This document shows, in pieces, positions 14,395 to 26,729 of a stretch of 64,000 nucleotides of DNA. Numbering within the stretch: position 1 is the first letter of the stretch; every line of letters begins with the position of its first letter. The DNA comes from Octopus sinensis. Its lineage: Eukaryota. The position numbers and the translations under genes were made by a program. The stretch covers positions 14,260,001-14,324,000 of the forward strand of contig NC_043024.1 of NCBI RefSeq assembly GCF_006345805.1. The letters are read 5' to 3'. The notes beneath the pieces were generated by a model, which worked only from the letters and a program-made list of their open reading frames with translations, did no database searches and had not been told where the DNA came from.

Positions 14395-14790
14395 TATTTC
14401 TTTATTGCCCACAAGGGGCTAAACATAGAGGGATAGAGGGGACAAACAAGGATATATTTCTTTATTGCCCACAAGGGGCTAAACATAGAGGGATAGAGGG
14501 GACAAACAAGGATATATTTCTTTATTGCCCACAAGGGGCTAAACATAGAGGGATAGAGGGGACAAACAAGGATATATTTCTTTATTGCCCACAAGGGGCT
14601 AAACATAGAGGGATAGAGGGGACAAACAAGGATATATTTCTTTATTGCCCACAAGGGGCTAAACATAGAGGGATAGAGGGGACAAACAAGGATATATTTC
14701 TTTATTGCCCACAAGGGGCTAAACATAGAGGGATAGAGGGGACAAACAAGGATATATTTCTTTATTGCCCACAAGGGGCTAAACATAGAG
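14395..14790. repeat. Perfect 60-bp tandem repeat (6 full units plus a partial) derived from the SINE D 3' end
   Basis: Identical units starting at 14401, 14461, 14521, 14581, 14641, 14701. Confidence 0.97.
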
Positions 14791-15482
14791 GGGACAGACA
14801 AAGGGATTAAGTCAATTACATAGACTCAAGTGCGTAACTGGTACTTAATTTATCGACCCCGAAAGGATGAAAGGCAAAGTCAACCTCGGCGGAATGTGAA
14901 CTCACAACGTAACGGCAGACGAAATGCAGCTACGCATTTCGCCCGGCGTGCTAAGGTTTCTGCCAACTTGCCGCCTTAGGGACAAACAAGGATAGACAAA
15001 GAGATTAAGTCGATTACATCGATTCCAGTAGGCAACTGGTACTTAATTTATCGACCCCAAAAAGATGAAAAACAAAGTCGACCTTGGCAGAATTTGAACT
15101 CAGAACATAACGGCAGACGAAATACTGCTAAGCATTTCGCCTGGTGTGCTAACGGTTCTGCCAACTCTCCACTTTAAAACATTTGGCTGGATGCCCTTCC
15201 TAACACCAACCAGCCTGAGAGTGTAATGAGTGCTCTTACGTGCCACTAGCATGGGTGCCAGTTGCCAGACACCAGTATGTGCCATGACTACAAGTTCACT
15301 TGGCTTGATGGATCTTCTTTTCATGCATGGCATATCGCCGACAATAATGCCATTCCCATGCCGAGAATCAGACCTGGTATGCTCGGGTGAAAGGCAGGAA
15401 ACTTAACCCCTAATGTGAATAAATAATAAGCATTGCATGTGGCAGAATCAGCTGAATGGTAAAGGGTTCGAATAGAGAAATA

Positions 15483-16059
15483 TTGGGTTGTCCGGAAAGT
15501 TCGTGCCGATTTTTAAAGGAAAGAAAATGGTCAATAAATACTTGCCATCACATTTTTAACCAACCAAATATGAACCATTTCATTGCACAATGCGTCTCCA
15601 TCTTTCCTTTAACCTGAAAATACCCTCTTCCCAGAATTGAGGTGGTTTCATGGCAAAGAATCCATCAAGGTATCTTTTTACATCATCCAAGGAATTGAAA
15701 TTTTTACCATTAAGACTATTCTGCAGAGACCGGAATAAGTGGAAATCCGAAGGAGCAATATCTGGTGAATATGGAGGGTAGGGTAACACATCCCAGCCGA
15801 GCTGCAGCAATTTGTGTCTGGTTCCCAAAGCATCAAGTGCCAAAAATGAACTTTCTTGTCTTCCATTTTAAAGGGTTACAGAATTAACACAGGTTATAGG
15901 AACATAAACCTTCTTCCACGAAAAGATAGCTTAAACTGTGCTCTAAATGGAGGTGTAGTGAAATCCTATTTTGTGGACTCAACCATATTCTAAAATAAGT
16001 CGAAAGGTAAACCATGTTCTAAAATAAGTTGAAAGGCACGCACTTTCTGGCCAACCCAA
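15483..16059 (-). mobile_element. Internally deleted mariner element, TA TSD
   Basis: TIR TTGGGTTGTCCGGAAAG; transposase N-terminus MEDKKVHF joined to C-terminal YSPDIAPSDFHLFRSLQN. Confidence 0.92.
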
Positions 16060-16856
16060 TATAATACGTAACCATTCCTGTAGATATTCCCAAACACTCT
16101 ACCTTCATATGCTGTAAATCTTTGAGTATAATCCACATTTTTTTCCAAAAATTTAAAGGTCAAAATCCCTAGTGCGTACTATATACGAGGTTAAAAATGA
16201 AAAATATTTTCTAAGCAATGTCCGAGTCTATATTTGCTGTCCGGCAATGTTTATTCAGACACATTTTGTGATGTCGGGTGCGAAAATACCTTAAGCTAAG
16301 TTTGAAAGCACTGAAGAATCTTCTATAGCTTGCAGTAAGCAACATTTATTCAAATAAAAGTATTCAGAACAGAATAACATGTAACAAAAACAATTTGCAA
16401 ACATATTTACATTCCCATAGAACAGTTAAGAACATCACCATTATTGTATTACACATGCGTGGAAGTATTTGTTCGACTTGGTGCTGCTGGCTTAATTACG
16501 CACGACTCAAGTTAGAGAAGGAGGGTGTATTATACACAAGGTTTAGGTTTTTCAGAGGTACAACCCCCTAAAAATCCCCTGTGTATTATACTCAAGGGTG
16601 GACTATATTCGAGGATTTACAGTAAGTGTGGAAGGAAAGTTTTATAAATATTCCACTTAGGTTAGATATAGAGATGGAACCTGAAAAACCTGATCAAAGG
16701 ACTAGATGCACATGGAATGAACAGATTTGTCTTTATTAACACACCAAACCAGACAGCAAAGTGAAAAGAGGGTACAATATGGTATCTTGAGAGCTTCTCT
16801 CATGGTATCTACCACAGTATAGTTTGTCCTAACAGAACATCCACGTTTAAGTGGGG

Positions 16857-17336
16857 ATTAGTTAGTTAGTTAGTTAGTTAATTTTTTGGCTCAAAAAGCA
16901 AAAAAGCAAAGCCATGTAGGGGGACATGGAGTAATGTACAGGGAGGGTGTTCATGTAAAGAGTTCAGGCCACTTGTGGTCAAGGGAGACTTTGAACTGAG
17001 CGGTCGTCGGCATCTTCAGTATCTCGTCCGGCAGCTTATTCCACGGATCCGCAACCCGGACAGAGAAAGCCCCTCTCCTTCGATTGAGATGAAATCGTCG
17101 CAGATAGAGCTTTTCGGAGTGACCCCCGCAGCCTACGCTCTGGAGCAGGAGTGAAGAACAGCTCTTTCGAGAGGTTACACTTTCCGCTTATGATGTTGTG
17201 AGCAAGAATGAGATCACCACGGCGTCGTTGGTTTTTCTAGAGAATAAAGGTCGAGCGTCTTCAGCCTTTCTTCATAAGACAAATTCTTGAGACCAAGAAC
17301 CATGCGGGTAGCTAGCTCCTGGACTCTTTCGAGATG
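16857..17336 (-). mobile_element. 3' fragment of a second CR1/L2-group LINE, (CTAA)n tail
   Basis: Reverse translation LERVQELATRMVLGLKNLSYEERLKTLDLYSLE..RRRGDLI..LRGH..FSVRVADPWNKLP. Confidence 0.88.
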
Positions 17337-17737
17337 CTGTATGTATTATCTCTTGGTATTAATACAGCCTCTGTCACTAATAAATATTGTTTAACAAGCT
17401 TGCTGGCTAATCAATGACACCAAAACCTGTTCTGGCAGTGTCAATCTCTATATCACTGGCAAGGAGATGAGTTGCTGCTATCTGTAGCAGTTGTGTGTCT
17501 TTGATAAAACCAAGGAAGGTCAAAATCATGTGATCTGGTTGTGTCAGCACTGGAGATAGCAAAGATTTATCTTAGTGATAAAAACAAGAGTGCATTTTGT
17601 AGCAAAAGCCAATATGAGAGTATCTCTCGTGGTATCTATCACCGTATACCTTGTTCTAACAGAACATCTACATTTAAATGAAGATAAGTATTACCTCTCA
17701 GTTCAAATTATAAATCACTTGTTGGTTGGACATTATT

Positions 17738-18409
17738 GGATCTTTACCTTTTGACCGACAGATTTAAAAAATAATTTTTTGTAACTAAACACTTTCAAAT
17801 TTCGGACACTGGTAGAATGTATCATATAAAACATGTTTTACTCTTAGCATTTTTGAGAAAAACTTATATTTACGAAGTAATTTCACCTTAAAGTTGTTGT
17901 ATTTTGGTAATTTCGACCAATCAATGACGTGTATTCAGCTGAATAAAATTACTGTCGTTGTTTGTCAACTATCGGTGGTGTATTTTTCGTTTGTCACTGT
18001 TATTTATGACATTGTTTGTGTGTTTGTACTGGTTTTAAGGTTTTAGGGTTAGGGTTATGGTTTTTAGGGTTATGGTTAGGTTTTAGGGTTAGGGTGTTAG
18101 GGTTAGAGTTTTAGGGTTTTAGGGTTAGTGTATTAGGGTTAGGGTTGTCATAAATAGGAGTGACAAACGAAAAATACATTGACAAACAATGGCAGTAATT
18201 TTATTCAGCTGAATATACATCATTGATTGGTTGAAATTACTGAAATACGAGAACTTTAATGGGAAATTACTTCGTAAATATAAGTTTTTCTCAAAAATGC
18301 TAAGAGTAAAACATGTTTTATATGACACATTCTACCAGTGTCCGAAATTTGAAAGTGTTTAGGTACAAAAAATTATTTTTAAAATCTGTCGGTCAAAAGA
18401 TAAAGATCC
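17738..18409. mobile_element. Foldback/MITE with ~250-bp TIRs, internal TTAGGG-like array and 7-bp TSD
   Basis: GGATCTTTACC...ATAAAGATCC flanked by CATTATT on both sides; copies at 20585-22138 (inverted, with nested insert) and 24440-24810 (partial). Confidence 0.85.
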
Positions 18410-18497
18410 CATTATTTGATACTCCTTGTTAGTTAGATGATTTGTAAAATAGTAAAAAATATGTAAAATTGTGTAAATAAGTGGGAAAATTTGATAT

Positions 18498-18930
18498 AGG
18501 CGCAGGAGTGGCTGTGTGGTAAGTAGCTTGCTAACCAACCACATGGTTCCGGGTTCAGTCCCACTGCGTGGCATCTTGGGCAAGTGTCTTCTGCTATAGT
18601 CCCGGGCTGACCAATGCCTTGTGAGTGGATTTGGTAGACGGAAACTGAAAGAAGCCTGTCGTATATATGTATATATATATAAGTGTGTGTGTATATGTTT
18701 GTGTGTCTGTGTTTGCCCCCCTAGCATTGCTTGACAACCGATGCTGGTGTGTTTACGTCCCCGTCACTTAGCGGTTCGGCAAAAGAGACCGATAGAATAA
18801 GTACTGGGCTTACAAAGAATAAGTCCCGGGGTCGATTTACTCGACTAAAGGCGGTGCTCCAGCATGGCCGCAGTCAAATGACTGAAACAAGTAAAAGAGT
18901 AAAAAAGAGTAGAAGAGAGTAAAGAGAGTA
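18498..18930 (+). mobile_element. tRNA-derived SINE family A (representative copy; about 30 copies in the window)
   Basis: Head GGCGCAGGAGTGGCTGTGTGG..GGTTCAGTCCC (A/B boxes), central (TA)/(TG)n, tail CCAGCATGGCCGCAGTCAAATGACTGAAAC(AAGTAAAAG)n. Approx. + copies: 3132,4515,12784,13706,27018,34795,40813,46748,49170,50952,51623,53577,56184. Approx. - copies: 2088,6136,7250,8686,9090,12024,19322,22586,22715,27590,28832,31822,34291,44590,45520,47462,59560,61345. Confidence 0.92.
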
Positions 18931-20358
18931 TAGACATAAATAGATTTTTCCTGACACAGTCATTAACTTCGTTAGATTGTAGTTTTATTTTTTTTCTCTT
19001 ATATTGTTATAGAGAGTAGGTTTGTGAAAGGAGAGCTTTTAAATGAAATTTATCTCACTAAGGGATGTTTTTGTACTACACTACACATGCCAATTGGCAT
19101 GAATTCATTCACCTACACACTCCAACATCTGCCCCACAGATGTAGTGTCTCTGCTTTCTTCCTTCCCCTTCTCCTGCAAACTTAATGTTTTATACAAAAC
19201 CTATAAACTTAACAAAACCTTTTCCCTTTGATCACTGATCTGTGTTGACTACATTTAACACAAGAGAATGAATCACTCAGAGGACTTTATTCTCCAAAAT
19301 ATGCTAATTTTCAAGACCATTTACTCTTTTACTCTTTTACTTGTTTCAGTCATTTGACTGCAGCCATGCTGGAGCACCGCCTTTAATCGAGCAACTCAAC
19401 CCCGGGACTTATTCTTTTGTAAGCCCAGTACTTATTCTATCGGTCTCTTTTGCCGAACCGCTAAGTGACGGGGATGTAAACACACCAGCATCGGTTGTCA
19501 AGCGATGTTGGGGGGACAAACACAGACACACAAACACGCACACACATATATATACATATATACATATATACGACGGGCTTCTTTCAGTTTCCGTCTACCA
19601 AATCCACTCACAAGGCTTTGGTCGGCCCGAGGCTATAGTAGAAGGCACTTGCCCAAGGTGCCACGAAGTGGGACTGAACCCGGAACCATGTGGTTGGTAA
19701 ACAAGCTACTTACCACACAGCCACTCCTGCACCTAATATTGTACATCTACTTAGAGATTCTCTCAACACTACTTCAGTAAGTACAGTGAAGTCCATGTTT
19801 CACTGGGAAGATCTCATAAAACTGAAACATCTCTAGAGTTATCTCCCATACTTGTTAAATAATTAAAATATTATTTGTCATTGGTGAAGGTGCATGGCTC
19901 AGTGGTTAGAGCGTCGAGCTTACGATCGTGAGGTTGTGAGTTCGATTCCCAGATTGGGCTGCATGTTGTGTTCTTGAGCAAGACACTTTATTTCATGTTA
20001 CTCCAGTTCACTCAGCTGTAGAAATGAGTTGTGACATCACTGGTGCCACGCTGTATCGGCCCCTTTGCCTTTCCCTTGGATAACATCAGTGGTGTGGAAT
20101 GGGGAAGCTGGTATGCATGGGCGACTGCTGGTCTTCCATAAACAACCTTGCCCGGACTTGTGCCTGGGAGGGGAACTTTCTAAGGGCAATCCCATGGTCA
20201 TTCATGACCGAAGGGGGTTCTCCTCCTCCTCTTCCTCATTAGTCATTGAATTGCACTATATTTTCCTCTCAAATAATTATTTCCACTTAAAGTTTGTTTA
20301 TGTGTTCTCTGTATTACATATGTTAATATTAACTTAATTACAATGAATTATTTTTCAG

Positions 20359-20541
20359 TTTTGATGAACATTTCTGTAAGACTTCAAGAGTACAGGAGAA
20401 ATACAAAAATGCCACTTGTAATCAGAAAACATTCTACCAGATGATCCTCCAAAGTTATATGCCAGTTTTGAATCAAACACACCTCAATGGCAATAATCTA
20501 CCATTTTTAAATAACCCACACAAGATGTGTTTGTACAAAAA
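20359..20541 (+). CDS. Exon (first identified) of a VWD/C8/TIL multidomain secreted protein (SCO-spondin/hemocytin-like); EMI-like N-terminal part
   Basis: ttttcAG acceptor, GTAAGT donor, 183 nt, phase 2-2, open: FDEHFCKTSRVQEKYKNATCNQKTFYQMILQSYMPVLNQTHLNGNNLPFLNNPHKMCLYK; phase matches the next exon. Confidence 0.8.
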
Positions 20542-21223
20542 GTAAGTGGTCCCTAAACTGTGTTTTATTGCTGTATGTTTTTTCGGATCTTTACCTTCTG
20601 ACCGGCAGATTTAGAAAATAATTTTTTGTAACTAAACACTTTCAAACTTTGTATACTGGTAGAATGTGTCATATAAAACACCTTTTACTCTTAGTGTCTT
20701 TTGAGAAAAGTTTATGTTTACAAATTTATTTCGTGTTAAAGTTGTCGTATTTCAGTAATTTCAACCAATCAATGATGTGTATTCAGCTGAATAAAATTAT
20801 TGCTGTTGTTTGTCAACAAGAACTTCTGGCAGTGTATATTTCATTTATCACTGTTATGACATATTTCATCTCAGTATGAATAAACGAGTGTATCTGAAGC
20901 ACTGTTACTTCATGGCACCACCATAAACGTTCGTGCATTTCTGTTGCTTTTAGTTTTTTTTCCTGTTTTTCAGCTAATATTTTCAGAAAGACTTTTTTGC
21001 CCCTCCTACCCTTACCCCTCCAATTTCTTCATTTTTCATTTTTTTCCGTAACTCTATCCCTAAAACCCCAACCCTAACCCTAACCCTAAAACCTTAACCC
21101 TAACCCTAACTCTAAAACGCTAACCCTAACCCTAACCCTAAAATCCTAACCCTAACTCTTACTCTAAAACGCTAACTCTAACCCTAACTCTAAAATCCTC
21201 ATCCTAACTCTAAAACCCTAACC

Positions 21224-21258
<35 letters not shown>

Positions 21259-23124
21259 AACCCTAACCTAAAACCCTAACCCTAATCCTAAAACCCTTAC
21301 CCTAAAACATTAAAACCAGTACAAACGCACGAATGATGTCATAAATAACAGTGACAAATGAAAAATACACAAACAACAGCAGTAATTTTATTCAGCTGAA
21401 TACACGTCGTTGATTGGTTGAAATTACTGAAATACAACAACTTTAACACAAAATAAATTCGTAAATATAAAGTTTTCTCAAAAGCGCTAAGAGTAAAACG
21501 TGTTTTATATGACACATTCTATCAGTATACGAAGTTTGAAAGTGTTTAGTTACAAAAAATTATTTTCTAAATCTTACCCAACAATTATTTTGAAAATAAA
21601 TGTATTTTTTCAGACATATTTTTTAATTGTTTTATTTTACTATGTTTTGAATGGTGATTTATTATGAATTTTAATTCAATAATATTGATTTTAAATTACC
21701 GCTTTGGGCAGAAACGAGTTAACCTGTTTTTTTCATAAATCATATTACTTTTACAAAAAATCATGTTATTTTATTTGGTTATCGACATGGTGGGGTTATA
21801 ATATAAAGGTATAAAAAAAACAACGTAAAAACAAAGTGAATACTTCTATTCATGCCTTCCAACCCTTCGACTGTCTCCAGGTGACTAAATCATACTCGGT
21901 CTTCAATGCCTTACTCAAGCGAAAGGTGGCAGAAATCGTCACTGCCAGACGTATAAAGTGAGCGAATATACTCGTATATGTCAAAAAAGAGTTTATAATA
22001 GACAAAGGAACTCGTTTGCTGTCGATTTTGGCGAGTCTATCTTTTGACGAGTTAACTCGCCAGAGATAGAAAAAAACGATTTCGGTCAAAACGCATATAT
22101 TCATTTCTGCCGGGTAAGGGGTTAAAAGGTAAAGATCCTTTTTTTCTCTATTGTCTCTGAATATTTTTTTAATCTTTTAGTTGTTAAGAAAGGCAGAATC
22201 GTATCAAGCAAACTGGAGACTTGAACCAAATATTTGCAACAAAATGGAAGCCACTAAAGGCAATCAAGTTGACAGTGTCCCAGTAACTTAGCAGTCTGGC
22301 AAAAGAAACCAATAGAATAAGTACCAGGCTTAAAAAAATAGTATTGGGGCCTATTCATTCAACTAGAATTCTTTGAGGCAGTAACCCAGCATGGCCACAA
22401 TCTGATGACCGAAACAAGTAAAATAATAAAAGACAGTAGTAGTAAATTCTTGTAAAGGTTGTCCACAGGTGAACTGAAAATGTAAGAAGGGTCCACCATC
22501 TTGTCTTTTAGTCTATTTCCCTGCATTGACAAATTACTGATAAGTATTAACATAGACTGCATTAAAATTTGAAACCAATATGAACTCTTACTCTTTTACT
22601 TGTTTCAGTCATTTGACTGCGGCCATGCTGGAGCACCGCCTTTAATCGAGCAACTCGACCCTGGGACTTATTCTTTTGCAAGCCCAGTATTTATTCTATC
22701 GGTCTCTTTTCTTTTTTACTCTTTTACTTGTTTCAGTCATTTGACTGCAGCCATGCTGGAGCACCGCCTTTAATCTAGCAACTCGACCCCGGGACTTATT
22801 CTTTTTGTAAGCCCAGTACTTATTCTATCGGTCTCTTTTGGCCGAACCACTAAGTGACGGGGATGTAAACACACCAGCATTGGTTGTCAAGCAATGCTAG
22901 GGGGACAAACACACACACAAACACACACACATACACACACACATATATATATACATATATACGACAGGCTTCTTTCAGTTTCCGTCTACCAAATCCACTC
23001 ACAAGGTATTGGTCGGCCCGGGGCTATAGCAGAAGACACTTGCCCAAGATGCTATGCAGTGGGACTGAACACAGAACCATGTGGCTGGTTAGCAAGCTAC
23101 TTACGATACAGCCACTCCTGCGTC

Positions 23125-23307
23125 TATTTACATTATTTACATTTGATGGATATTTGTCTTCATCTTGTTTGTTGTTAACACAGCGTTTCAGCCGATGTAC
23201 CCTCAAGCCTTCTTCAGGTGTCTTGGGGAAATTTCAAACCTGGGTTCTCATTCCTAAGGTATTTTTCAATGTTATCATTATCATTGTTATTATTATTATT
23301 ATTATTA

Positions 23308-23346
<39 letters not shown>

Positions 23347-23512
23347 TTGTTCAGGTCACTGCTTGGAATTGAACTCTGAATCTTGGGGTTAGTAGCCTGC
23401 GCTTTTAACTACTACGCCATATGTCTGTGGCCCATTCCAAGTTTGATTCCAAGCAGTGACCTGAACAATAATAATAATGATGAATATGATAATAATAATA
23501 ATAATAATAATG

Positions 23513-23554
<42 letters not shown>

Positions 23555-24065
23555 TCTAAAAATACCTTAGGAATGAGAACCCGGGTTCGAAATTTCTCCA
23601 GGACACCTGAAGAAGGCTGGAGGGTATATCAGTCGAAACGTTGTCTTAACAACAAACAAGATGAGGAAAAATATCCATCGAATGTAAATAATGTAAATAA
23701 TGTAAATAAGAGTTCATATTGGTTTCAAATTTTAACACAGTCTATATTAATACTTATCAGTAATTTGTCAATGCAGGGAAATAGAATAAAAGACGAGATG
23801 GTGGACCATTTTCAGTTCACCTGTGGACAAAAATATCTGTCGAATGTAAATAATGTAAATAATGTAAATAATGTAAATAAGAGTTCATATTGGTTTCAAA
23901 TTTTAACACAGTCTATATTAATACTTATCAGTAATTTGTCAATGCAGGGAAATAGAATAAAAGACGAGATGGTGGACCATTTTCAGTTCACCTGTGGACA
24001 AAAATATCTGTCGAATGTAAATAATGTAAATAATGTACATAATTCCTCATCTCTTAAATATAGAA
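23125..24065. mobile_element. Inverted dimer of a tRNA-headed, hammerhead-core-bearing element (locus 1)
   Basis: Minus arm 23125-23423 with full tRNA-like head; plus arm from 23435; HHR-like cores at 23177-23222(-) and 23602-23647(+). Confidence 0.7.
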
Positions 24066-24974
24066 TCAATATGAACTCTGTTTATATAATCAGTCTGGCA
24101 GGGTCTGCTAGAACGTTGATTAATGATTTATGATTTATGCTTCTTTTGCTTTTGGATTTGGTTTGCAAGATTCTTTATGTGAGTTCTTGTGTTGAAGCAT
24201 ATTCTGTTGTGTCTCGGGAGAGTCATTCTCCTTTAATGCCTTATAATTTAACACACCCACTGGTAAAATTTCCACTTATTTATTTTTTATTTTTCTAAAA
24301 TTTTCGTTGTGTCTTGCAACCTTTTCTTGCAACCGTTTTGACTTTGTCTATTATTCACACTGCATTCTTTTTGTTTGTTTGGTTACCCTATGCCAGGCAA
24401 GTTTTCCAGCTGATTGCACACAAACAAACAAAAAGAACATTGTTTGTGTGTTTGTACTGGTTTTAAGGTTTTAGGGTTAGGGTTAGAGTTTTAGGGTTAG
24501 GGTTATGGTTTTAGGGTTATGGTTAGGTTTTAGGGTTAGGGTGTTAGGGTTAGAGTTTTAGGGTTTTAGGGTTAGGGTTTTAGGGTTAGTGTGTTAGGGT
24601 TAGGGTTATCATAAATAGGAGTGACAAACGAAAAATACATTGACAAACAATGGTAGTAATTTTATTCAGCTGAATATACATCATTGATTGGTTGAAATTA
24701 CTGAAATACGAGAACTTTAACGGGAAATTACTTCGTAAATATAAGTTTTTCTCAAAAATGCTAAGAGTAAAACATGTTTTATATGACACATTCTACCAGT
24801 GTCCGAAATTACAAGTGTGAATAACAAAGTTAAAACTATTGAAAAGGTTATAAGATGCAACGAAAATTTTAGATGTTAAAACATTTGATGTTAAAAAAAG
24901 TCCTATTTTATTTTTATAATTAAATATTATTAGGACTTGTATAAAAAAAAATAGTTAAAATATCTGGAGTATTC

Positions 24975-25417
24975 TTCTTCTTCTTACAGCATTCACCCGG
25001 GGTGGGTTGAGCTGGCTTCGTTCATCCTCAATACTGCATCTCTCACAAACGCTGACCAGGCCTGGCTATTTCAGGCTAACGGCCGCGTGGTCTCCAGCCA
25101 CTTCTTATTCCAGCGGCAAACGCCGTATATGTGGGGGCCTAGGTTGGGTTCCAGATCAGCCTTGACTGTCATCAGCCAGGTTTTTCGTTGTCCACCACAT
25201 CGCTTTCGCCAACCCTGAAGGGGAGCTGGGGCAATTGCTTCGTAGGTTGGGTTCCAGATCAGCCTTGACTGTCATCAGCCAGGTTTTTCGTTGTCCACCA
25301 CATCGCTTTCGCCAACCCTGAAGGGGAGCTGGGGCAATTGCTTCATAGGTTGGGTTCCAGATCAGCCTTGACTGTCATCAGCCAGGTTTTTCATTGTCTA
25401 CCACATCGCTTTCACCA
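24975..25417 (-). mobile_element. RTE-like LINE 3' end with (GAA)n tail and an internal 103-bp triplication
   Basis: GWRKRCGGQRKTWLMTVKADLE..WNKKWLET; repeat units start at 25140, 25243, 25346. Confidence 0.75.
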
Positions 25418-25743
25418 AAATTCGATGTGGAAGTATAACTGAGTTATGGACCCTGGTTGACAACCACTCTTTTAAAAGGAGATTGGTAATGTGTGGTAAG
25501 TGACTAAAAGATGTAGAGACAGACACAGTCCTCTGCAGCCATGACCTCACCAAGAGGAAAATAAGAGTTGAAAGGGAGGTGCTACCATCTCACAAATTTT
25601 TTTAAAAGGTTGGTGAAACCAGTGAGCATGAGCCCAGTGAAAAGCCTACCCTCAGCAAATGTCTGTATGTTGGTTAATTACAATTGAGAAGTCAACACTT
25701 TCTCTAGGTAGTCAGAATAATCCAAAAACTGTGGGGTTTTTTT

Positions 25744-25744
25744 G

Positions 25745-25809
<65 letters not shown>

Positions 25810-25820
25810 TATCATTATCA

Positions 25821-25863
<43 letters not shown>

Positions 25864-25876
25864 CATCATCATCATT

Positions 25877-25971
<95 letters not shown>

Positions 25972-25972
25972 C

Positions 25973-26004
<32 letters not shown>

Positions 26005-26296
26005 CATCATCATCATTATTATTATTATTATTATTGTGGGTGGCACGTAAAAAGACGCCACTACACTCACGGGGTGGTTGGCGTTAGGAAGGGCATCCAG
26101 CCGTAGAAACACTGCCAGATTTGACTGGGCCTGATGAAGCCTTCTGGCTTCACACCCCAGTAGAACCGTCCAACCCATGCTAGCATGGAAAACGGACGCT
26201 AAACGATGATGATGATGATGATGATGATTATTATTATTATTATTATCATTATCATTAATATTATTATCATTATTATTATCATCATCATCATTATTA

Positions 26297-26337
<41 letters not shown>

Positions 26338-26441
26338 TATATTATTATTATCATTATCATTACCATCATTATCATCATTATTATTATTATCATTATTATC
26401 ATTATTATTATCATCATCATCATTATTATCATTATCATTAC

Positions 26442-26474
<33 letters not shown>

Positions 26475-26502
26475 CATCATCATCATCATCATCATCATCA
26501 TT

Positions 26503-26543
<41 letters not shown>

Positions 26544-26655
26544 CATTATTATCATCATCATCATCATTATTATTATTATTATTATTATCATTATTATTAT
26601 CATCATCATCATTATTTTCATTATCATTATTATTAATATTGTCATCATCATCATT
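25744..26655. repeat. Two long (ATT/ATC)n tracts flanking a family E copy
   Basis: 25744-26035 and 26206-26655; source of the poly-Ile ORFs. Confidence 0.95.
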
Positions 26656-26667
26656 GTTTTATTGAAG

Positions 26668-26729
26668 GAATATAGTGATACAAGAAGAAAAATGTTGTTC
26701 TGGTTGGTCCGGACACAGATGTAATGAAC
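26668..26729 (+). CDS. Exon, end of EMI-like domain
   Basis: ttttattgaAG / GTAAGT, 62 nt, phase 2-1: NIVIQEEKCCSGWSGHRCNE (CCxGWxGxxC motif). Confidence 0.88.

Noticed and set aside
14394-14801. 135-aa repetitive ORF; array superficially CRISPR-like
   Set aside because: Perfect tandem units with no spacers, derived from a SINE; eukaryotic context.
21055-21315. (CCCTAA)n-like tract as chromosome end or fusion scar
   Set aside because: Degenerate and enclosed by TIRs of a repeated element present three times.
22400-22420. CTGATGACCGAAACAAG
   Set aside because: Variant of the SINE A tail; no stem II between the core halves.
26120-26160. CTGATGA-AGCC-TTCT-GGCT hairpin in family E (also 35325)
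   Set aside because: No GAAA or stem III follows, and most copies read CTGGTGCA, so not a hammerhead.
25678-26724. Long poly-Ile/Met ORFs (also 23477, 43319-43983)
   Set aside because: Translations of (ATT/ATC)n microsatellites; the real exon at 26668-26729 is in a different frame.
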